Source of the DNA: Opitutales bacterium
GTDB lineage: Bacteria > Verrucomicrobiota > Verrucomicrobiia > Opitutales > UBA2987
Direction: 5' to 3'
Assembly (NCBI GenBank): GCA_965226885.1
Contig: CBDDEL010000013.1
Span: 320,001-384,000 of the forward strand
DNA length: 64,000 nucleotides
Below the pieces are notes generated by a model, which worked only from the letters and a program-made list of their open reading frames with translations, was not told the DNA's origin and made no database searches. Both the position numbers and the translations under genes were made by a program. This document shows, piece by piece, positions 1 through 8,473 of the stretch. Numbering within the stretch: the stretch's first letter is position 1; the number at the start of each line of letters is the position of its first letter.

Positions 1-22
1 CATTCCTACTTAATACACTACC
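1..22 (+). mobile_element. Right end of IS1-family element (rest lies before the window)
   Basis: cattcctacttaatacactacc is identical to the right end of the 802-bp IS1 copies elsewhere in the window. Confidence 0.9.
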
Positions 23-45
23 CAAATTTTAAATTGATTATGAAT

Positions 46-117
46 GCCTAACAATGCGCTACACCGGGCCGCTATTCCGCTATGATCCACAACGACAGGT
101 GAGCTTGCACGTTCGGC
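46..117 (+). other. Integron attC-like recombination site (degenerate)
   Basis: GCCTAAC (RYYYAAC) at 46-52 and GTTCGGC at 111-117; L boxes GCT-A-CACC / GGTGAGC with an extrahelical base; an upstream frame (...FKLIMNA) stops at the TAA inside GCCTAAC. Confidence 0.6.
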
Positions 118-326
118 ACAAGGGACCCAAGGCACAGCCCACTCTGCCTGATTGCCACCAAAACTCGCCCAAATACCGCTGACAACAAGGCAGTTCACTG
201 GCCGTTTACTAATGAGAGATAATATAATGTGTTCAAAAAAACTGGTATCGAATTTGGTTGTGGGTTATGCACTCTTGAGGGGTCGAACCCCACGAATTCC
301 AAAAGAACCTATGTTTCGATTAGCTA

Positions 327-2157
327 GAGGCTGTCCCAAAAGGGTGATTTTTGCGAGGGCTTTTGATAGGCGCTCATTTTAGAGGTATTTGCATTTGGGA
401 GAGTATCAACTTTGCTCTCCTATGACGTTAGGATACTGGTTTTGGGGTCCGGTTGCCTGGTTTTCTTTGTATGAGCCGACAGTAAGGCTGTGAAAAAGTA
501 TTGTCCTTGCTTTTCCGCTCTCTAGGCCGCCGCTTTGGTTTTTAGTTCGTCTTGCTGGGCCAGCATCTTGGCTACTTTCCATAGGTTGTGCGAGAGTACC
601 GACCAGGCTACGCTGATCGAGCGGTTGGCAAAGCCTTTGCTGCGCAACCGCCCGGCCTGCCAGCGATTCTTCAATACCCCGATCCGCCCTTCGGTGCTGG
701 CCCGGCGCTTTTGCAATTGTCTGAACAGTGGTTCCTCCATCCGTTTTTTCAACTGCTTCGGATCGCGTGGACAGAGCGCGTCGTAGATTCCCTCCTGGGC
801 TAACTGCCGGCGGGCCCGCTGGGAGGCAAATCCCCGGTCCGCGCACATGGCCGCTATGGGTTCTTCCAGGTTGAAGCGGTTCTGTCTTTGCAAACTCTCT
901 TGCATTTGTTCATTTTCGCTTGGAGTTCGGCTGCCGTAGAGTTTCCAGTCCAGCAGGTACCCTTCAACGCTTTCTCCCAAAAACAGGGTGTTGCCGAACT
1001 CGACCTCTTGGCCCGCTTTACCTCGCACAATCACCTGCCCATCGAGTTCGTAAACACTCAAGACTTTCTCTGCGTTTTTCACCTGCCGGCCGCCAATGAT
1101 CCGCTCGTGCGCCTGTTTGATGACCACCGGGATTTGCTCGCTCATGCGCTCCATCCGGGCGAGGATCTGTTGGACCTGTTTTTCGCTGTAATCGCTTTGC
1201 TCCCAGCAGGCTTGCAATAATTCCCGGTGACTGATTCCCGGTGACTGCGGGCATGCTCCCCGATCCGTTTGAGCAGCTTTTTCATCTGCCTCAAGATACC
1301 CTTGCGCTGCCGCGCGCTGTCCTTTCGCCGCCGGCTGTGGGTCATCTGTATGCACAGCCGATTCATCTGCCGAGCCAAGGGCTCCGGTTCGATCGGCATG
1401 CGATGGCGCAAACCGGCCTTCTCGCGGATCAGCCGGATCGCTTTGAGCAACGTGCCGGCTACATCCTTGAGTAATACCCAGTCCGTCGGCCAATGAATGT
1501 TAGCCTCCAAACAGGTGCCGTCGATCAGGCAAATGGTGGTGTCAATCGGCTTGTCCAATCCCACCTGCCGGGCCAGAAGGGCATCGCCCACCACCTCAGT
1601 CAAGGTCCGGTGCAAGGCCCTCAACTGCTCTTCGCTGAAAAACTTCGAGGCCCGCTCCAGGGTGCTTTTGGAGATGCCCCTGATGCCATCGATCTGCCGG
1701 ACACGGCAAAAGTCGGCCAACAGATCGCTGCTGCCCAGAGCCCGCGACAAATGCCGAAACGAAATCCCTCCGAGCAGACGGCCCAGCGTATCCATGCGCA
1801 GTGCCTTGATGGCAAAACTGGCCCGCTGCCGCCGGGCCTTTAGACCCATTGGCGGCCACCCCTCCAAGGCCAGCTCAATGGCCTGCGATTCCACCTCCGA
1901 GTCGATCAGCAGCCGATCGATTCGATCAATGGTGGCGCGGAAGTTATCGTAATCGAGGCACCGGTCGACCACAGTTAAAGCTGGACGCAGGAGGCATTGG
2001 ATGGCTATATTTTTCATAGAAAGGGCTATATTGATTTTCGCTAACTCAATTATAGAACCCTTTTTTGGCCGGATCGAGCAAAAACTTGCTCTTTCCGGCT
2101 CTTTTTATCAACATCATCCAGTTGACTATAAAATCTTTATATTTTTGGGACAGCCTC
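327..2157 (-). mobile_element. ISNCY/IS5-like DDE element copy 1; transposase (522..2017) frameshifted
   Basis: Terminal IRs GAGGCTGTCCCAAAA; 1831 bp = 1817 + a 14-bp duplication ATTCCCGGTGACTG (1220-1247) that splits the 493-aa transposase. Confidence 0.93.
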
Positions 2158-2161
2158 TAGG

Positions 2162-2317
2162 TATAAAGGAGATGCGGGTAAAATCCTGAAGGAGCTTTCC
2201 GGTCTTGGGGATGTCGAGCATTTCGAGATTGTGCGGCCATCGCTGCACGATATATTCTTGCGACTGGCCGGTGGGAACAAGCCGCCTGAAAAAGTAATTG
2301 AGTCGAGCCATGATTAA
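2162..2317 (+). pseudogene. 3' remnant of ABC transporter ATP-binding subunit truncated by IS
   Basis: Translates YKGDAGKILKELSGLGDVEHFEIVRPSLHDIFLRLAGG...*, a typical ABC-2 ATPase C-terminus, and overlaps the permease start. Confidence 0.7.
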
Positions 2318-3629
2318 AATTTGGAGCATTGCCTGGAACGACTATCTTTTAACCGTCATTTCACGGACTTTTCTCATCAGTTTGCTGTTGGCGCCCCTGC
2401 TTTTTCTCGGCATTTCGGGTATTCAGTTGATTGCCCGGAGCAATAAGGATTTGCAGGACAAGGTCCTGGTGGTGGTTGATCGGAGCAATGTTCTTTATCC
2501 CGCCATCGCGGAAAAGGCTGTCAAAAGAAACCGCAGCGGTAAGGTGCTAAGCGGAGATTTGGGCAAGAAAAAAAAGGTCGGTTCCCGTTTTTTGATCGAA
2601 CCTTATGGAAACGATTTTGCGATGGTGGACAAAATCGAAAAGGATCTTTCGGAGAAAATTCGCAACAAGGAAATATTTGCTTTTGCCTTGATTGGAAAAG
2701 ATGTCGTCCATCCGGGCGAGGGTTCCGACAATAGAATTTCCTATTATTCGGATTCTCCCACCACTTATGACTTGCCCGATTGGTTGAGCGAGGCTGCCAA
2801 CGAAAAAGTGGAGTCGCTGCGCTTTGAGAGCGCCGGCATACATCAACGCACGGTGAACAAGTTGCTGCAGCCCGTTTCCCTGGATCGTCTCGGTTTGGCG
2901 GATGCGTCCAAAGAGGGTTTGAAAAGTCTGGCCCAAAAGGAGGATATGGTGGAGGCGTTCATTGTGCCGCTGGGAGCCGTTTTCCTTCTTTTCATTATCG
3001 TTAACATGAGCGCCCCACTCATGCTCAACATGGTTATTGAGGAAAAAATGAACAAGATCATGGAAGTGCTTATTTCCTCGGTCCCGCCTTTCCACCTGAT
3101 GCTGGGTAAATTGCTGGCCGCCACCATGGTCGGACTCACTTTGGCGACGGTTTATCTTGGGTCCATGATCGCCTTGTTCCTGACTTTTGGCGATGGGGAT
3201 GCCATTCCCGGACGGCTGTGCCTCTGGTTTATCCTTTTCCTGATTCTTGCCTTGATGAGCTACGGGTCCATTTGGGGTAGCATCGGGGCAGCCTGTTCGG
3301 AAATAAAAGACACCCAGAATTTTGCCGGATTGACGGTCATCATGGTTATTGCGCCGTTTGCGCTGGTTATCCCGGTCCTGGAATCACCGGGGAGCGCTTT
3401 TTCCATTGGCATTTCGCTGGTCCCTCTCTTTACGCCCATGCTCATGCTACTGCGCCTTGGGATTCCTCCCGGTCCCGCACCCTGGGAAATAGGACTCAGC
3501 CTGGTTTTATGCGTCGCCTTCACCTTGTTGTGCGTTTGGGGCAGCGGAAAGATTTTTCGTTTCGGGTTACTGGCCCAGGGCCACCGGCCGAACCTGGGCC
3601 AGGTGATCCGATGGCTTTTTTCATCGTAA
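2310..3629 (+). CDS. ABC-2 type transporter permease (NatB/YhaP-like)
   Basis: N-terminal TM helix, large soluble loop, EEKMNKIMEVLISSV..LMLGK motif, several C-terminal TM helices. Confidence 0.88.
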   Translation: MIKIWSIAWNDYLLTVISRTFLISLLLAPLLFLGISGIQLIARSNKDLQDKVLVVVDRSNVLYPAIAEKAVKRNRSGKVLSGDLGKKKKVGSRFLIEPYGNDFAMVDKIEKDLSEKIRNKEIFAFALIGKDVVHPGEGSDNRISYYSDSPTTYDLPDWLSEAANEKVESLRFESAGIHQRTVNKLLQPVSLDRLGLADASKEGLKSLAQKEDMVEAFIVPLGAVFLLFIIVNMSAPLMLNMVIEEKMNKIMEVLISSVPPFHLMLGKLLAATMVGLTLATVYLGSMIALFLTFGDGDAIPGRLCLWFILFLILALMSYGSIWGSIGAACSEIKDTQNFAGLTVIMVIAPFALVIPVLESPGSAFSIGISLVPLFTPMLMLLRLGIPPGPAPWEIGLSLVLCVAFTLLCVWGSGKIFRFGLLAQGHRPNLGQVIRWLFSS

Positions 3630-3728
3630 TCGTCGGGATATAGGAATACTGACGGATGGAGTTTTGTAACCATTGTCAAAATTGAGAATCTTGATGGTTT
3701 GGCAACCCAATCTATTTTGAGATTTTGG

Positions 3729-4330
3729 TTATGATTCTTTATTTTTTCTCTTGATTATGAAAAGCCGTGGAGCCGGTTTGGACTGTTTGCCTCGGGGTGT
3801 ATCGACCAGTTCCACGAATGATTCTTTTGAATCGAGTGAAGAGGACCACTTTTCAACTGCGGCACATTCCTCTCTGCCTCCCGGGTGGCCCCGGTAGCTC
3901 AAGATTGTCAGAATACCTGCCGGTTTGAGAAGTTCATGGGCCGCATTGAGGGCCTCGATTGTGTCGGCGGGGTTTGTAATCAAACTTTTGTCGCCACCCG
4001 GCAGGTAAACGCGCTTGAACATGATGGCCTGAACTTCACCCTTTATTTCTTTGGGCAGATGATCGGCCATCTTGGCGTGATTTGCGCAAAGAAGCCGCAC
4101 CCTGGCCGTCAAACTATTCTGGTCGAGGAGAGAACGTGCCCCGGCCAGCGCTTTTTGCTGAATATCGAAGCCGAAAACGTGGCCTTTGGGGCCAACGCAT
4201 CGGGCTAAAAACTCCGTATCGTGCCCGTTGCCGACGGTTGCGTCGATGGCGGCATCGCCCTGGCCAAGAACCGCGGCCACTTTTTCCTGGGCCCATTTGA
4301 CGGGATGAGGGCGAACTTCGATTCGATCAC
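3729..4330 (-). pseudogene. Class I SAM methyltransferase (YtqB/MnmM-like), probably 5'-frameshifted
   Basis: DATVGNGHDT, FDIQ, Y.GHPGG motifs; removing the 5-bp duplication TCGAT (4318-4327) puts GTG 4330 in frame; family motif FNLGYLPG reads FKRVYLPG; an internal GTG at 4280 could still be used. Confidence 0.65.
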
Positions 4331-4665
4331 TCCGGCCTGAATTCCCAGCGCTTTTTTTCTTCGTTCCAATGTTGGAGCGAGTCCGCCTCGATGTATTCGT
4401 AATTGCCGGTGTCGAGGTTGAAGGCTTTGACTGAATCCTGGTTCATTTCCCTAATTTTTTCCTGCCGGGCCTGCAGGTTGCTTTCCTTGACTTTTGCGAT
4501 ATAATCCTCAAATCCGGTGATCTCGCCGGAAACGACTGAGCCCACTGGCGATTCCTGAACTCCCTCCGCCACCGGCTGGAGGGGGGAACTGTCGGGGGTT
4601 TGGCAACCGGTCCACAAAATAAGACTCATTGCCAGGCAGGATAAATTAATAAGAACTCGGTTCAT
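4327..4665 (-). CDS. Hypothetical lipoprotein
   Basis: Signal peptide with lipobox-like LWTGC. Confidence 0.65.
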   Translation of the reverse strand: MNRVLINLSCLAMSLILWTGCQTPDSSPLQPVAEGVQESPVGSVVSGEITGFEDYIAKVKESNLQARQEKIREMNQDSVKAFNLDTGNYEYIEADSLQHWNEEKKRWEFRPE

Positions 4666-4743
4666 CTTGATTTTAAAATGACAGTATTCGAAAGGTTTCG
4701 CAACCTCAATTGGGGCAATTTTTCCGTTTGCCTGTTATTTTTT

Positions 4744-5586
4744 TCAAATTTCGTCGAAGGCTTCGGCATCAAGCTCAAACTGGCCCACTTTTGTAGCCGG
4801 GCCTGACATGGTAATTTCATAGTCGTGGCCGATCCGAATCTTCAGTTTTCCTCCAGGCATGTGGACGGTGAGGTTAGAATCGACGGCACCCATCTTTCGC
4901 GCCACGGCAGCGGCTGCGCTACTGCTGCTGCCCGAAGCAAGGGTGTAGCCGGCCCCGCGTTCCCAGATTTCGAGCTGAATATTGGTTCGATCCAGAATTT
5001 TCAATAACTGGACATTGGTTCTGTTGGGAAACAGCTCGTGTTTTTCCAGAATCGGTCCTAATTCGCGGGCCAAGGCGCTGGAAATATCATCCAGAGGGAG
5101 AACGCAATGCGGGTTCCCGATGGTGGCGGCATAAAAATTGTATTCACGGCCATTGATTTCGACGGATTCTGCCAGAACTTCCCGTTTCGGCCCTTCGACG
5201 GGAATGGTTTCGCTGTCAAAGGACACTTTGCCCATGGCAATCACTATTTTGCGGGCGCCAGGGCCAACTTCGCAGGTGACGACGCCTCCCGCCGTTGAAA
5301 TGGTAAAAGGTTTTTCCGAAACCCGATGACAATCCCAAAGATAGCGGGAAAAAATTCTCAGGCCATTGCCGCTTTTTTCCGCTTCTCCACCGTCGGGATT
5401 AAAGATGCGCAAACCGAAATCGGCCTCAGAGGAGGGCAGGGGCCCAAACAGGATGCCGTCCGAGCCGAGCCCGAAATTGCGGTGGCAAATGAGACGGATT
5501 TGAGCCGCCGTTAATTCCCCATCGACCTCCTCCGGGTTCAGAACCAGGTAGTCGTTGCCCAAGGCGTGGTATTTTTGAAATTTCAT
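4744..5586 (-). CDS. dapF: Diaminopimelate epimerase family protein (Ser/Ser variant)
   Basis: KYHALGNDY, RNFGLGSDG, NPDG.EAEKSGNG, GNPH, WERGAGYTLASG motifs. Confidence 0.9.
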   Translation of the reverse strand: MKFQKYHALGNDYLVLNPEEVDGELTAAQIRLICHRNFGLGSDGILFGPLPSSEADFGLRIFNPDGGEAEKSGNGLRIFSRYLWDCHRVSEKPFTISTAGGVVTCEVGPGARKIVIAMGKVSFDSETIPVEGPKREVLAESVEINGREYNFYAATIGNPHCVLPLDDISSALARELGPILEKHELFPNRTNVQLLKILDRTNIQLEIWERGAGYTLASGSSSSAAAAVARKMGAVDSNLTVHMPGGKLKIRIGHDYEITMSGPATKVGQFELDAEAFDEI

Positions 5587-5665
5587 CGGAATTTGAAAAC
5601 GGATTTTGGGATGAATCTATGGAATTGTGATGCAAAAGTCACGAATCTAGTTTAACTTTGAGAAT

Positions 5666-7873
5666 ATGGGTGAAACTGGCAGTGGCGATGAGCTTCCCTT
5701 CAATGAAACGATCTGCGGTCTCTGGATAAGCGAGAGTGGGGAGGCCTGCCTTTCCCTCCTCGACCATAAAAATGGCCGCCGGGAAATTAAGCATCCTTTC
5801 ATTCCCTTTGCCTGGGCCAACGATCTTCCGCAAACGGCTATTTTTAGGGAAGAAACTCTTTCCGGCGATGCCCCCTATCGTTTCCTGCTACATTTCGATG
5901 ATCTCCAAAGCTACCGCGATTTGTTCAAAAACCGACCGGAAAATATCTTCGTGGAGAATGTCAGGGCGTTGGAAAGCCAGTTCCTGCTGCGCTATCAAAA
6001 ACGTCTATACGAGAACCTTCCCTTCAGCCGGTTGCGCCGTTGCCAATGCGATATTGAGACGGCTTGCAGCGTGCCGGGCGGTTTCAGCAATGCCGGCCGG
6101 AAAGAGGATCGTGTGCTTGCCATAGGGCTATCCTTCTCTGGGGAAAGCGAACCGGTTTTTCTGGTTCTGGAGGAAATGAACGATGCCGCCGAGCGCGACC
6201 TTCTGAAGCGGTTCAACAAAATTTTAGCGGAAAAGGACCCCGATGTCATCGAGGGGCACAACTTTTTTAATTTCGACCTGCAATACCTGCGCCGCCGTAG
6301 TTCGCGTTTCCGGCTGCCCTGCGCCTGGGGCCGTTTCGGTCAGGAAGCGCTCTTTCGCAAAAGCCGACTGCGGGTGGCGGAGCGCTGGATCGACTTCGTT
6401 CGCTGCGACATACCGGGCCGGGCGATCATCGACACTTATTTGCTTATACAGCAATTCGATGTCACCACGCGCGACATGATTTCCTATTCGCTCAAGGATG
6501 TGGCCATATATCTGGGGGTGACGCGCCCGCAATCGGAGGAGCGAACCTACCTTTCAGCGGAAGAAATCCAGCAGACGTTTTCCCAGGACCGCGAACGTTT
6601 TTTAGCCTACCTGGGGGATGATTTGAGGGAAACCGCGGGAGTGGCCGGTCTGCTTCTGCCTACTTATTTCGCCCAGACTGAAAATTTCCCCATGACCTTG
6701 CAGGAAATTACTTTGCGGGGTTCGGCCAACAAGGTGGACCTGCTCCTGCAGGAAAATTATTTCAAAGCCCGCCGGAGTCTGCCCGAATACCCGGTGGTGC
6801 GCTCATTCGAGGGAGCTTTTTCACGAAGTTTTGTCACCAGCGTTTATCGCCATGTGCTCCATTTCGATGTGGCCTCGCTTTATCCCAGCCTTCTCATGCT
6901 GATCGGCCGCAATCCTTCCTCCGACTCGCTGGGAATTTTTATTCCCTTGTTAAAAAAACTCCGCCAGGCGAGGCTCGAATTCAAGGAGCTGGCCCGCACA
7001 GCCCCAACCGAGGAACTGCGTATTGAGAGTCAGGCTCGGCAGACCGCCTATAAAATTCTCATCAATTCCTTTTATGGATACCTGGGATTTTCCGGAGCCC
7101 GTTTTGCGGATAGCGATTTGGCCGCTGAAGTTACCCGGCGGGGGCGGGAATTGTTGCGCGAACTGATTGCCGAATTCGAACGGCTGGACTGCACCGTGCT
7201 GGAAGCGGACACCGACGGGATTTACCTTGCTACGGATGAATACTGGGAAATTCCGAATATTCTGCTGGCTAAAATCAGCAAAATTCTGCCGGAAGGGATC
7301 GAGCTGGAATATGATGGCCGTTATGATTCCATGTTTTGTTATAAGGCGAAAAATTACGCCTTGTACGATGGCAACAAAATAACCATTCGCGGCTCCGCGC
7401 TCCGTTCCCGCGGTATCGAGCCTTACTTGAAAGAGCTTTCCCGGCAGCTGATCGGCTTCTTGTTAGGCGTGGAGGAGGAATCGCCGCTTGTTTTGGCGGA
7501 GAGATTTCGCACGGCCATCAATTCCAGGTCGATGGAGATCAACCGCCTCGCGAAATCGGAATACCTCAGCCAGAGTCCCGACAGGTATAAAGAGAAAATT
7601 GATAATGGGAGAAAGCCCCGCCGCGCCTCATTGGAAGTGGCCCTGAAAATGAACCCGCAGCCCAAAATGGGTCAGCGGGTGTCCTACTACATCCCGGTTA
7701 CGGACAAGCCGCGCCGTCCCGACTGGCAAAGAGCCCTTCCCCTGAATTCTTACGATCCTGAGAATTTTCCCTACGATCCCGCCTATTACAACAAGAAGCT
7801 GGACGCCTGGATCAAACGCTACGGCGAGCATCTCCTGGAGGAAGAGGAAAACCCGCAAGGCGAGTTGTTTTAA
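5666..7873 (+). CDS. Family B DNA polymerase with 3'-5' exonuclease domain
   Basis: Exo motifs DIET and GHN..NFD; polymerase motifs DVASLYPS, KILINSFYG, DTDG all intact. Confidence 0.92.
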   Translation: MGETGSGDELPFNETICGLWISESGEACLSLLDHKNGRREIKHPFIPFAWANDLPQTAIFREETLSGDAPYRFLLHFDDLQSYRDLFKNRPENIFVENVRALESQFLLRYQKRLYENLPFSRLRRCQCDIETACSVPGGFSNAGRKEDRVLAIGLSFSGESEPVFLVLEEMNDAAERDLLKRFNKILAEKDPDVIEGHNFFNFDLQYLRRRSSRFRLPCAWGRFGQEALFRKSRLRVAERWIDFVRCDIPGRAIIDTYLLIQQFDVTTRDMISYSLKDVAIYLGVTRPQSEERTYLSAEEIQQTFSQDRERFLAYLGDDLRETAGVAGLLLPTYFAQTENFPMTLQEITLRGSANKVDLLLQENYFKARRSLPEYPVVRSFEGAFSRSFVTSVYRHVLHFDVASLYPSLLMLIGRNPSSDSLGIFIPLLKKLRQARLEFKELARTAPTEELRIESQARQTAYKILINSFYGYLGFSGARFADSDLAAEVTRRGRELLRELIAEFERLDCTVLEADTDGIYLATDEYWEIPNILLAKISKILPEGIELEYDGRYDSMFCYKAKNYALYDGNKITIRGSALRSRGIEPYLKELSRQLIGFLLGVEEESPLVLAERFRTAINSRSMEINRLAKSEYLSQSPDRYKEKIDNGRKPRRASLEVALKMNPQPKMGQRVSYYIPVTDKPRRPDWQRALPLNSYDPENFPYDPAYYNKKLDAWIKRYGEHLLEEEENPQGELF

Positions 7874-7897
7874 GCCCGCCTTGCCGCCGCCGTTTGC

Positions 7898-8434
7898 TTA
7901 AACGTTTGCGACGGCGGGGGAACGATTGGCCACCCAATCGATTATTTTCTGCTCATCATCCTCGTTTTCGGCAACCACCCGAAGAAATTCCGAGGCGTGA
8001 ATGTCGTTTTCCTTGAGGAAAGCGCGGTCGCCGCCACAGGAATACATTATATCCGAATGCAATTCTCCCCGCAATTTGGCCTTGGCTTTCTCGATGATGC
8101 GCGGCAGCCAGCGGATTCCCCTGGCCTCTGCATCTCGGGCCGGCAATGTTTCCGGGTCTAAAATCTCCCCGCTGGAAACTCCATTTTGCTTATCCAGAAA
8201 ATAAGAACGCCGGATGTCATGAATGAGGGCAAAAGTGGCAAAATCGGGTTCACCGCTGCTATTGAAGTCTTCCGCGAAATCGTAAATCTCCTGGGCGGTT
8301 ACTCCAATGGAGGCGATGAATTCCGCTTCCGTTTCGTTAAAATAACTGTCGGGCCTACGGTTGCCGTCAGCATAAAGCTGGACCGCCTTTCCCCAGATTT
8401 CCTGCAACTGTTTTTGATAATCGTAATTTTTCAT
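7898..8434 (-). CDS. DUF5069-like protein
   Basis: GIRWLPRIIEKAKAKLRGEL..DIMYSCGGDRAFL motif. Confidence 0.7.
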   Translation of the reverse strand: MKNYDYQKQLQEIWGKAVQLYADGNRRPDSYFNETEAEFIASIGVTAQEIYDFAEDFNSSGEPDFATFALIHDIRRSYFLDKQNGVSSGEILDPETLPARDAEARGIRWLPRIIEKAKAKLRGELHSDIMYSCGGDRAFLKENDIHASEFLRVVAENEDDEQKIIDWVANRSPAVANV

Positions 8435-8473
8435 TATAATTCTAAGACGCGAATTCTTGGGAAACCTTTCATT

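Noticed and set aside
406..846. Recurrent 60-214 aa ORFs inside IS copies (MRGPGIC..., MLASKQ..., MIILMNE...)
   Set aside because: Alternate-frame or antisense shadows of transposases; they recur only because the IS is repeated
5666..7873. PolB as a casposon, pipolin or prophage marker
   Set aside because: No cas1, integrase, terminal repeats or phage genes; flanked by dapF and rnr
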